A stretch of 64,000 nucleotides of DNA, taken from the NCBI GenBank assembly GCA_965202585.1, contig OZ241826.1:50716001-50780000 (forward strand), in the 5' to 3' direction. Below are positions 43,501 through 55,688 of this stretch, piece after piece. The DNA is from Thalia democratica. Taxonomy: Eukaryota. Below the pieces are notes generated by a model, which saw only the letters and a list, made by a program, of their open reading frames with translations, was not told the origin of the DNA and made no database searches. The position numbers were made by a program, and so were the translations under genes. Each line of letters begins with the position of its first letter. Position 1 is the stretch's first letter.

Positions 43501-46500
43501 TATAGGCTGACTAAATTTTAATTACTGAAGTAAAAAGAAAGTATTTCCATTCTTAGATTCAGTTAGAAAAATATATATCTCAAAATCTAATTACAACTGT
43601 ATTATCTATTCTAATAGAAAGTCTTAATAAATGAATAAAAATATGTTCAAAAAAAATAAATTTAGTGTTAAACAACTAAATATACAAAAAAAATTAACTA
43701 ATAAGATATATACCTGTTTATATATACCTTATTGTTTAATTTATCTTGTATATATAGTTGTTTAATACTAAGTTTTAGTTTTTTTGCACAGAATTTAATT
43801 TGAAAATGACTGATGAAAAGTCGAAACGGCGTCAACAGTATGTAACAAATAAATAAAATTAAAAAGTCGTACAAATACACAAACATATTAGTGTTAACAA
43901 ATTTAAAAACGAGACCACGGTTAACTTAAAAAAACTAAAAATTCAAAAGATTTGTTAAAAGAAAAACTTTACGATTCTTTTGCCGAGTCATGTAATAAAC
44001 CTACTGAAGAAAATTAGCACAAAATCCCTTTTGAAATACTCGCCGGACACTCAATAAGAAATGGACTTATTTGTTCAGTTTGACTTTTGACGTTAAAGCA
44101 TTTTCTGTTTGATAACTTTCGTGCGTGGTGTAAAACGCCCTTTTATCGTAGCCTTGTATCAACACATGACGACGGAGGTGGTTTCTGTTAAACAAAAGAC
44201 ACCACAAGGTTGTTCTTGTTGCTACAATTTAGTTACTTTCAATCAACATTAGCCTGATAAGATAACACAGCTTGACCTCTTGAACTTTTTTCAGTTTTTG
44301 TTTCACCCGTTTCTTACAATACAGTTTAGGCAGATAACATTTATTTTTGTTTAAACATAAACCTCATTGTGTTGAGTAGAAATCAAATTACTCTTGAATT
44401 TTATTTTGCAAGATTATATATCACAAATTTAGTTTTCAACTGTTTGAATTTTAGTGCTTACGATTTGATTTTTGCTTGCATTTATTATAAGTTTAACATT
44501 ACATTTTATTTATATATCTCACAGTATACAACCAAATTAAAAAATAAAAGGTCAAGGTTTTGGTTAGTTTTGTTTTTCAAAATTTTCTCTTTTAAACTAA
44601 CAAAGTATATATACTTATATAGATAAATAAAAAATCATAAATTTTCAATATAAAAAAAACTGTTGGTCCTTGTACAATATAATTCAAACAGCTTAAAAAA
44701 TATCCAAACACTGTCATTAAGTTGTCAATGTAGTTTAAAACTTTGTTTTGTGAATAAAACGGTGATATGGTACGACTGAAGTTCTAGCATTTTGAAGTAT
44801 GTCTTAATTTTTGTAGTATATTCATACAATAAAGCTTATAACTTAAAAGCAAAAAAACTTCAAAGCTTTATTAGACCTGTGTTGAACCTTGGAAAAGACA
44901 ACGCCTCTGATTAATTGCTTCATAATGAACTACTTTACTAAATCCTCTTATTTTTTGCCGTTCAAAATATACACTAAACAAATATTAAAACCGTTTACAC
45001 ATTTTTAACTTTGAAAAATAATTTTTTATTACAATCTTTGCGTATATGACTTTAAAATACTTTAATAGCTGAAACTTAAACATGATTTATCTAAATTTTA
45101 TCTAATACATAATTTTTTTTTAACATTAATGAAGATAGGTTTTAGTTTTAAAAGTAAATGCTTGATAAACCTTTGATAAGTGTTAGCAGTCTTAAACCAA
45201 TTAATAATAAGTTTTTACAGTATATAAACTAATATAATTATAATGTTACTAAATTCAATATTGAAAAAAACTACAATTAGGTAAAGTAAACAAAAGTTGT
45301 TTAAGTAAGTTTCCAGTGTTTTTCGCTAATCAAAATATTTACGTAAAGTGTGTATATAAACAGCTTTAATTTTTTTAATTTATTTCTTTAGCTACATTGT
45401 TGCTATTTTTTTAATTGTACAAACATATCCTTTTATTTTTCTTTAACTACCAGTTATAAAGTTAAACATTATTTTTAAAATTCGTTAAATACTTGACATA
45501 TAGTGCAGTTAATTATCAAGTATTGCTTCAAAATAAATAGTTTCGGAAATAATTTAGACATACTTCTCAAAAGTATAAATAATTAAAATTTTAAACTTTA
45601 TTTTTTTTGTAAAATTATTTAAGTTTAAATTGGGCGATACAGTTTATTTATGACTCATCTAGTACAAATTTTAATTCTAAACGTCCTTCAACAACCAGAT
45701 AAAAATGTAAACAAAAACATGTAAACTTTAACTAGTTGTTTTACGAAATTATAGTAAATCGACAAATTTATAGAAAGTTAACCTAACAAAAACTGAAAAC
45801 AGAATATTTTAAAGGTCAAATGTGAACAGTAACAACTATAGTTTTTAAATCATTAAACAATAACCTGTTTACATGACAATCAGCTCGTACTACTAACTGA
45901 TTTAAAATAAAATATTGTTTTAGAGACAAATTAAACCATGACATTGTAAAAAAAAGGAGCGATTAATAACTTGATGTAACGCTAAAACAATTAAAAACAA
46001 TTGTTTATACTGCTACTAAGGAATGCAGCGCGGGAGGTCTGCTATGGTAATGTTGAATATTCAACCCCTAAAACCACAATTGTTTGTGCACCTGGCCCAT
46101 CCTAGTGTTTATGTTTTGTGATCCCCATTGTTTTTGTGCGTCTACCGGTGCTATTTTTACCAACGTGTTGCGTGCAGGTCGAAACCTAAGAACTGCTTTT
46201 CTCACGCCTCAGCTCACTCCGACAATTGTCCTTTCATGTTGGGTAAAAACCCTATTTTAAGTGAGTCTAAAAGAGATTAAAGTTTGTTTTTATTGGTATT
46301 GTTGTTTCGAAGCTTAATCGCTTAACTTTGATAAAAATAAACCTAGCAATAACTCTAGGCAAAAGTCGGCAGTGTTAAGGGTTTATTTTAAACTAGTTAA
46401 TAAACACTAGTTATATTAACTTGACTTCATGATAATTTTATAAAATACATACTTCACTTAAAAGAATGAAAAAAAAACAAGCGTTGATTTTAAAAATTGT

Positions 46501-49500
46501 ATACTTTTTGAAAAACTTATATTAGCACAAGCATGTAAAACGCCAAAACTTTGATGTTTTTCTAAAACTAAGCGACCTTTCAACGAATTAAAAAAATAGT
46601 CAAAGTATGTTGTCTACCATTTAAGTGGTTGCTGTTACTCGGAAGACGAACACAAATTTGAAATCGCTGACGAAACTCGGACACGAACTTTAAATGAAAA
46701 TATCCTGCCGTTTGATGTGTATTTTCACGGTGTGGTAGCCGAACCTGATGTGATTGGCAAGCTCACATGTGCATGGTGTGAACAATACGTTTATGTGGCG
46801 GTCACGTATGTTCAACGTGATTGCTCTTTCATTGCTTTTGTTTACGTTGGTCGAGATTTCGTGTTTATATTTTGATAGTATTTATTATTGTGTCGTCACT
46901 CACCACTGTTTATTTTAATTAGACATGATGAATGGGGTGAAACGTAGTTTTTTTTATCTCAATTTTATACTGGTTAGTTCTCATCAGCTAAACTTTAGGA
47001 GCCGTAGTTAGTTTTGTTTCTGATTTATTCTCTATAAAACCGTAAATTTTTTTTTTAATTTTTGTTACTTTAAAAGTTACTGAAACGTTAAAGAACAAAT
47101 ACTGTGTTTTTACTCTTCAATAATTCTTACAACTTTATATTTAACATTTAATTATAAATTTTTAAGCGAATGTTTTTAAATTAATATAAGTAAAAAAAAG
47201 TAGTTTTAAAGAAACTAGATTTTTAACTTTCTTTTAAATACAATGGAAATGTGCTAAACATTTATAATATAAAAAAATTTAATAATTCAGTAATAGTTTT
47301 ATAAGTTGAAACTTACATTTCTTAAAAGTTTTAGGTTCAGGATTTTAGAACTTCATCTTAGCTACTTATAATTTTTTTTATTTTTTAAGAAAAACTAAAA
47401 AATTTAAGTATTAAAAGCAATTATTTCGATAATAAGAATATAAGTAGAGCCTATCCACAGAATTTCTCAAATTTGTTCTAACAAAACAACTATAACCAAA
47501 GATTTTGTAAGTATTTAGTGAATGTAAAGAATATCTTTATAATACCAGTAAATAACTATTTAAAAATAAAAGTAGTTAGTAATTAAAATCTTTATCATGA
47601 TTTATGTTATATCTAATTTTTTTAAACTTTTTGTATATATAGAACAAGTAAAGTAAATTATGTACTTTTTGACCTAAAACTCAAGTTTTTGTTCAACTAA
47701 TTTTTTTTGTTTTTATAGAGCTTGAAAGTTTTTTTCTGGGTCCTAATGTTGTGTATAATAAATATCATTTAATTTTTGAAATAAAATCAGCTAATGAATT
47801 TAACAACTTTATAAAATTTATTTTCATGTTTTCAGTTCTACTTAATTAAATATAAAATTCTAATTTTAAAATTTATTTGATTTATTTTAAACTTTAAAAC
47901 ATTTAAAAAAATAACTAGTGATAGTCATAAACAACAATCAAATTCAAAAACAATAGTTTGTATTTTTCGTCAAACAAACAAAAATTTATATCACTTAGAA
48001 AATTTTTCTGCTTTTAAAATTCATTAATCTTTGTTTATTATTTCAATCTTTCAGACTTGTCATTTTAGAATTGTATTCAAAGCTCGTGTACATTTTTCTA
48101 TGCAACAGTTTTGTTAAAGAAAAAAAAAGACCTATTGTTAAGAAATGTTAATCTTTGAAAACTTTGTAAAACTTCAGTAATTACTATTTTTGTTTTGTTT
48201 GTAAACAAAATTGCGCAAAAATTTACAACCAGGTTGTAATCAAAAATAAACAACCATTTTATTCATTAATAAACCTTTATAAAACTTTTTTTGGCAATTA
48301 CAATTGTCATTATACTTTCAAGTATAACCTTTAAACAAAGTTATAACCATTTTAATTTTTTTTTGTACATTAAAAAAGCAGTGTAATTGCGTGACAGCAT
48401 GTTTTTACGTCACAAACACTAAACAAGCTCTTTAAACACACACAATACCGAACCGTATACTTACCACACGAGCAGTCAATGGCCACCGTGAACAAACTAC
48501 TACTGCCGGCGCAGGATTGAGGCAAACAATGCCAACGTTCAAACAACTTCTACTCCCGTGACCGATCTCACACACGAAACTCCGGGCACAAAACAGTTCC
48601 GTTAGCCAAAGGGTAAATCCCCTTTTCCTTTCGCCCAAACACAAGCGCCGTTTATTTTGAGGGCTTAACAAATTTTACGGCTCAGCTGTTTTTCCCACGA
48701 CGACGACACACAAGCAGGGAAGCGCCGAGGCCGCGAATACTTTGCGATTTCAAACGACCTCTATTATCATATTATGCAGTGTTTAGTAAACATGCTGGCT
48801 CGAAACACAGATTGCCACATGTCCCCTGCTGAAATGCACGCAACATTTGTGAATGGCGATTTCCGAGCGAGTAATGTTATGACAAAAGAATTTTAAAGTC
48901 GTTATGTTTTTTTTTTTGATTAGGCCTTTGGCAAATTCTAGCTACAGATTCAAATTAAGAAAATAATAAATTATTGTACATGCATGATAAATATTTTCCA
49001 TACAAACAAAGAGCATTAAAATCCAGTTTTTTTAAGTTTTTGGTTTTAGTAATAAAACTAAGAAAAAGTACTATACTATACTTAGATATATTATTTACGA
49101 CAAACACTTTTCTAGTTCTCATACTTTGTTTTATATAAATCAAATTCTTATTAAAAACGAAATATTGAAAAAATAAAATAATTAAAGATACTTTAACAGT
49201 CATTAAGTGTGGTGCAAATATTCCTTAGAATTAATAAATAAATGTGTTTATAATAAAAACTTTGTTTTTTACAACTTTTTTTTTAGTTTTGCTACTTTGT
49301 ACAATAGTTAATTAACTTTTCTATTTTGTATATCGACTTCTTTTAAATATAACTGTCGTTAAAATAATAATAAAAAAATAGTTATATATTTTTTTAATTA
49401 AATTATTTGAACCCTTAACACATACTGAAGTTTTAAAATTTACATTTCATTTAGATTTTTTTTAAAGCATTTTTTTTAATTTTAAATTTATTTGTACCCT

Positions 49501-49674
49501 TTTTGTTTACCCACCTTACCCAAACATATTAAAGTTAAATCTATAAATCTAGTTTTATAAATTGAAATTAAAATACCTAAAAAAAGCTTCTTTGTTTTGC
49601 TGAATCATCAAATATGAAAATCAGACTGACCTTAAAGTATACTAGTGCGCTTATACATATTTTTTAATGTATTA

Positions 49675-49796
49675 GTATATAGTTTGTTGAACGACAAAAA
49701 AAATTCCAAACATTTGATCCTAGGACCTGGTTTCCAAAAAACCTTTCGGTTATCGAATCGCACACCCCGGATACCTTTTAACGTCTTGTCCAGGAC
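49675..49796 (-). repeat. Unclassified short interspersed repeat (GTCCTGGACAAGACG family), copy A
   Basis: Reverse complement of copy B; sharp end at CAGGAC 49796. Confidence 0.85.
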
Positions 49797-49808
49797 AAAA
49801 AAAAACAG

Positions 49809-49881
49809 CGCCCAACTTAAAGCTCAAACCCACAATAGCTAGATTAAAAGTCCAACGATCTACCGACTGAGCTAGCCGGAG
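49809..49881 (-). pseudogene. tRNA-Lys(TTT) pseudogene with T9 Pol III terminator (49797..49805)
   Basis: CTCCGGCTAGCTCAGTCGGTAGATCGTTGGACTTTTAATCTAGCTATTGTGGGTTTGAGCTTTAAGTTGGGCG aligns base for base to the 73-nt metazoan tRNA-Lys. Anticodon stem pairs, but T-arm (C56T, CCC to TTT), D-stem and acceptor pair 1-72 are damaged. Confidence 0.85.
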
Positions 49882-49904
49882 CTATATAATCATACTTAGT
49901 ATTA

Positions 49905-50028
49905 GTCCTGGACAAGACGTTAAAAAGTATCCGTGGTGTGAACTCGATAACCGAAAGGTTATTTTTTGCACCAGGTCCTAGGACTAAACATTTTGAGCGT
50001 TTTTATTTTGTCGCTTAATAAACAATAT
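49905..50028 (+). repeat. GTCCTG-family repeat, copy B
   Basis: GTCCTGGACAAGACGTTAAAAAGTATCC...CTCGATAACCGAAAGG...CCAGGTCCTAGGAC...TTTTGTCG. Confidence 0.85.
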
Positions 50029-51642
50029 ATTGTACACGTGCTTTTATTTGTTTTATATTTAGTAATCTTTTTTGAAAGTATTTAATATGTAATAGAGTTA
50101 TTTAAAAATGATAATATAAAATTTAATAAAAATTAATCAATATATGTCTAAAATATATGTTAAGTAATAATGTCGTATTTCTTAAAGTTACTATGAAGTA
50201 TTGTACTTATACTTTTTATTTCGAAAATAGTAACTTTGCATGTAAACTTTTATAACATATGTTGTAACTTTTTAACTTAAACTTTATTTTTGAAAAATTA
50301 CCCATGATGCATTTTTATATATTCTGCAATAACAAAAACTAAAGTTTTAACTGTCTATTTGCAAAAGTTTCTGAAAATTAATTGAGTTAATGCTTTGCTT
50401 TAATATCATGAATTTAAGTAGGATGATTTAAGTTCTGATGACAATTTTTTGATTCTAATTTTAACAAATTTACATAACCAAACATATATGAGACTATATG
50501 TAACACAAGGTTTTGTTGTTATAAGTTTTAACGTATTTTATGAGAAAACATTTTTAACTCGAAAATACGAAAAATGCAATAATTGATTATTTTTTAGTCG
50601 TTAGTAATTGTTTATCGTAAATGAGATTAATGTTGTTTGTTTACAGTTGTAAATGTTCACTTTTGCATTAGCTAGCTTGATGTTTACAATCAATAGAACG
50701 AGTATTTACAAACAAATTAAAAACCTGATTTTTTTTTTAGAACTTTGATTCTACACATTATAAAATTGATATAGTTGAAACCTTTAAACAGCTTTAAAAA
50801 ATATTATGTCACAAAGCAAAAAATAAAAACCCCCTACATGCTACATTAATTTTTTTATTCACAATTTTTGTAGGTTCAACTTTTTAAAAATATAAATACA
50901 GTTACAATTATAACTACGACTCAACAAAATTTTGACTAAGTATTATGTGTGTTGTAAACCTAAACAGAAAAATTAAAGCTACAAGTATGATATATGCAAA
51001 AAATTTAAAATATATCTTTAAATTTTCAGGAATTTTCAGAAAAAAAACAAGATAGGATTTTTTAAACGACAAAACATACATTCGATATGTATCAGGTCTT
51101 TTTTGTCATTATCGATCTCTTAAATTTTTTATACGACTCTATGTAATACACAATTTTATAATATATTGTTCCTATAGTTAACAGAACATCTACTTTTTTT
51201 TGACTTACACAAAAAAACTTCTAAAACTAGATCAGTTTTTTTCTCTTTGTCGCTTTTAAACTATGTTTATTAAAGTTATAGCTGTATTATGGAAATGTAT
51301 TACAAACTAGAAATAAAATAAAAAAATAACTAAGTAAAAAAAGTATCTTTTTTTTAAAGAATAAAGTAAAAAATATTGAAAAAAGATCTCAGTAAAAATA
51401 TAGCATAAAACATAAATAAAAGGTTAAAAAAAAACCTTTGAAAACCTATTTACCTTTGAAAACTTATTTATATAAACAGTTTTGAAAGCTGAAAAATATT
51501 AACGTTGCACCAAAACAAAAATTAAAAATCTAGTATTATGCAAAAACTACATATATTGACAACTAAAACTTTTTCACACTAGCTTTCTATCAGCTTTACT
51601 TAATAAAGTTAAAACTCTGCTCATTTCCCACAAATAAGAACC

Positions 51643-51747
51643 TTAAAAGGTATCCAAAAGGTGTGCGACTCGATAACCGAAAAGTTTTTTGGTGCACCAG
51701 GTCCTCGGAACAAAAATGTTGAGCTTTTTTTGTCGTTCAATAAACTA
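51643..51747 (+). repeat. GTCCTG-family repeat, copy C (lacks first ~15 bp)
   Basis: TTAAAAGGTATCC...GGTGTGCGACTCGATAACCGAAAAG...CACCAGGTCCTCGGA...TTTTGTCGTTCAATAAACTA. Confidence 0.85.
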
Positions 51748-51991
51748 ATTTAATTTTCTAAGGATTATTTTCCAACCATATGGTATATACATTACAATTC
51801 TTTAAGTATTATCTCTAAAATAATTGGTATTACATTAGATACGCGATAAAATTTTTATCTAACATGTTTTTAAATGTATACATTTTTATCTAAAAATTTT
51901 TTGTAGCTTAATATATTTTGAGTAGAAAATAAAATAAATTGGAGTAGCAAATCAGTTATAGTAACTTTAATTCTTAAGGTTTTTAAATGTA

Positions 51992-53087
51992 CAGTAACCT
52001 CTCGCTTATTTACGCTCATTGTGTCAACAGAAAAAATGCGTAAAGATACGAGATATCTTAAAGATACGAGAGGTACCAAATATACTTACTATAATGGCTG
52101 AATTTTGATATTGCTTCTAGCTAAAGGCAGACTATTGACTTCAAGTAGAAGAACCACTTTTATTTAATAAGCTGATAAAAGGTTTTTCAAAAATTGAAAT
52201 TGATTAAGAGGAAAAATATATAAACAATTTTGTTACAATCGACAATGAAACAACTGAAGAATAATCAGAAAGTATTTTAGAGAAAGTGGAAGCGGCAAAC
52301 AGTGAAGTTGGTTCCACAAACATGCCTGGAACTTTAAAGGATCATCTTGAAACTGATGAAGAATACTTTTCAGAACAAGAAGAAGAATTTGAATTCGAAG
52401 GTCTAAACCAATGTTAATGAAGACCATCAGTTTTAACGCGCAGTTGTGTTCTTCCGAAGCTGTAACTGGTGCTGGTGAGCATTACGAAGAATTGAAGGCA
52501 ACGTGCGAAAAATGTCAACGCTTTCTGTGCAAAGCAAGTGTTACAAAATAAGAAAATAAAAAAGTTAAAAAACGTCAAATGAAAATTAGTGATATGTTTC
52601 CTAAAAAAATAAAAACAATTGAGATTTGTGTTATGAGTAAGCTCTATATTTATTACTTTTTGCTAGGAAATTTCATTAGATTTCTTTTTAAATGTTTATT
52701 CATATATAGGAGAAGAGTGCTGTATTAATTATTTGTGTTTTAAACTCTCATTATTTCATTATACTTTCATTATTTAACACAGTCATATTTATTTCAGAAT
52801 TTTAATTTAATCTCTTATTATTAACAAAATTTCTGATATGCTGAAGTATAACTTAATGTTTATCAATTAGTCAAGGAACATAAGTTTACAAAGTCTAAAG
52901 ATGTAGAGAGGTGAGTTAGCATTTAAAAACGTATTTTGAATTAAAAATATGCAATAAACTTAATTTGTGCAATACTGACCAATAAGAAGAAAATTTTTTT
53001 TTTTTTTGAATTTTTTAGAATTCTAAAATGTGTAACTAAACGAGAGTGCGTAACGTCACGAGTGCATAAAGATGCTAGAGGTTACTG
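51992..53087 (+). mobile_element. Internally deleted pogo/Tigger-type transposon, same family as 253..865
   Basis: TA flanks; same TIR (20/24 match between ends); carries a decayed transposase C-terminus. Confidence 0.9.
52142..52608 (+). pseudogene. Decayed C-terminal fragment of a pogo/Tigger transposase
   Basis: NFVTIDNETTEE*SESILEKV...acidic stretch...HYEELKATCEKCQRFLCKASVTK*ENKKVKKRQMKISDMFPKK, with stops and a frameshift. Ends in a PIP-box-like QxxIxxxF typical of pogo transposases. Confidence 0.7.
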
Positions 53088-55644
53088 TAGTATAAATACT
53101 ATACAATATTTTAGGCACTTAACTCAGTTAAAGTTTTATAATTCTACTGTACTTTAAAATTAATTAGAATAGATTATTGCTAATATTTTCTTAATAATTT
53201 GAAGCTGTATAACATTGATTACTTTTATTAACATTTATAATAACAATTATCTCTAAATTTTTATTCTTTTAACCTTTCAACTCGCTTACTTAAATCTACA
53301 CCGAAATAGCATTTTTAACCTTTAATTTTCAGAATATAAATATCTGTATCAAATATATCATAAAGAGTTTTAAAATAGTAAATCACCATCAAATATTATT
53401 GATTGAAAAGTTTTAACAGGACGAAATGAATATCTTGTTTTATATATTGTTTTTTTTGTAAGTGATTTATTTTTAACAAAAATATTATTATACTAATTTA
53501 ATTTACTTTGAAAGGGTAAATTTTACTTCAAAGAAGCTTTAACTTAAAAATAAATCAAAGTTATTAGTTTTAGGAAGTGCAAGTATAGTTTCGTTTGTAC
53601 AAATTTAATACTATCTAAAAATTTATACTTTTTATCGTTTTTTTGTTATCAAAAACTTCATTTTGGTGTTGTACTGGCGTTTCATATTCAACAAGAAAGA
53701 TTTTTTATTATAGTTAATCTAATTTTTACAAAAAAAAATTTGAGCGTAAACATAAAGCGACTAAACTAAACAACTTACTAAGAATACCTAATAGATATTT
53801 AACAATAAATTACAAGTTCTAAGTATATAGTGTAGAACATTATGAACTTATTTACAAAATTGAAAGTTTAATCATTAAGTATATTTATGGTACATTAACT
53901 ATATCAATTTTTATTTTTTCTACAACTGAAAGTTAGCTACTCGTACATAGTTTAGTAGTTTTATAAAAAATGGTTTTAATATTATATATTATAAAGTTAC
54001 GATCGTAAAATCATAAAAATCACAACCACTGTAAATTTAAAGTATCTCAAGGGAAACTTACTAAAGTTTACAAGTTAACTTTGTCTTTTAAACTTACATT
54101 GACATTTTAAATTAAAAAAACTAAGTTTAATAGTGTTATTATTTAATTAACTAAAAATCAGTTTATAAAATTGTTATATATACTGAATATAACTTGATAA
54201 GCAATGTAAGTTTAGTATTAACCAGGCAAGACAACTTTTTTAGCCATTGTATTACTCTAAAATAGTTTTACTTAGAGTCTCTTGCTAGATATGTAAAAGT
54301 TGAAAATGTTAAAAAAATCATCAAGAAATTTAAAAACATAAGAAATTTTTGTGTTGTTAAGTTATAATATTTTAAGAATGCCTAATCAAAGTTAAAGTAA
54401 ACAGAAACATACTAAAGTAATTTTTCTCACTAGATTTTTTTAAATACCAGATTAAAATTTAGATTTTAAGTTAAATATATAATTGAAAGTACTTGTCTTT
54501 ATTTTTTACTTCAAAAATGAAAGACTTTTTTTTAATTTTTAAATGTTTTCAAAATAAATTAAGCTGCTCCAATGAAACTAGTTTTAGAATCATTAGGTTT
54601 AAAAAGGCTTTTATTCATGAATACATTCTACTTTTTAAAAAATGCCAAATCTAGAATCTAAACTGATGCTCAATAGCAAGTATGTGCTATCATGGAGCAA
54701 TTATTAGTAAAGAGTCAAAAAAACATGGTAAATTAACTAGTATAAATGCAACATCTAATAAGGTGAGCCGATTATTTCTTAAGATTCTGCCAGCTGGCAA
54801 TTATGAAATGAGTTTTGGATATCTTAGTTCATAGGGATTTTATGTATTAGGACTAAAAATATTTAGTGTTTGCAATAAGAATATTACATAAATTTTATGG
54901 AGTACACTTATTTTAATTATAGAGCTAGATTAAACTAAAAAGTTTTCAGTAAAATATTCAAATTGCTTATTTGAAAAAAACTATAAAACCTATAGTTAAA
55001 AAAAATAAATCTCTAAAATCGTTGGTATTAAATTAGATACGCGATAAAAATGTTCTCCTTCAATCTAAAGTTATAAAGTTAGTAGTTGAAATTAAACTAA
55101 AGAAACAAGTTAAAAACCTTATTAAAAAAATTATTCGTTCAACACTAATAATATTAACATGTTCTACTGTCATATATGATTGTGAAAAACAAATGCAATT
55201 GATTAAAAAAAAGTTAAGACATCATTGTTTTATGTTTTGTTATTGTTGTTCAACTATTTTATTTGATTAAAACATTATTTCATAGTTTACAGTATAAGTA
55301 TCAATTTGTTTGTTGTTTGACGGCTTCGCTAAAACATTCGAACAAGCTGAAGGTCCTTTTTTCCCGCAAATAAATTAATTAAGTAAAAACTGTTTTTTAT
55401 TAAAAATTTAAACTTAGTTTTGCAAGATCTAGCGCTTTTAATTACTACAAGAAAGAGTACATGCAAGGAAGACATGCTGGTTTCGACTGAAAACATTTTT
55501 AAGCAATACTTAACAAAAGTTATTTTAAAACATGCCTAGCAATTTACTCATGTAACATTGTTTTATTATGTAAAACATTTCGATTAGTTTTTTACAACCT
55601 TGTTTTTACCTTGTTTTCAAATTAAGTTGTTAAATAGTAGTTAC

Positions 55645-55688
55645 TATTATTATCATTATTATTGTTATTATTATTAATATTATCATTA
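55645..55688. repeat. Imperfect (ATT)n microsatellite
   Basis: TATTATTATCATTATTATTGTTATTATTATTAATATTATCATT. Confidence 0.7.

Noticed and set aside
49809-49881. Functional tRNA-Lys gene
   Set aside because: T-loop C56 mutated, T-stem only G-T pairs plus a mismatch, D-stem and 1-72 mismatches
6971-51632. Notch/CSL site cluster (perfect sites at 6971, 48692, 51625)
   Set aside because: Three sites in 64 kb against a rough expectation near one; dispersed and unpaired
52496-52550. piggyBac Cys-rich C-terminal domain (CEKCQRFLC)
   Set aside because: TA flanks, CAGT TIRs and the downstream PIP-like motif fit pogo; no TTAA or CCC ends
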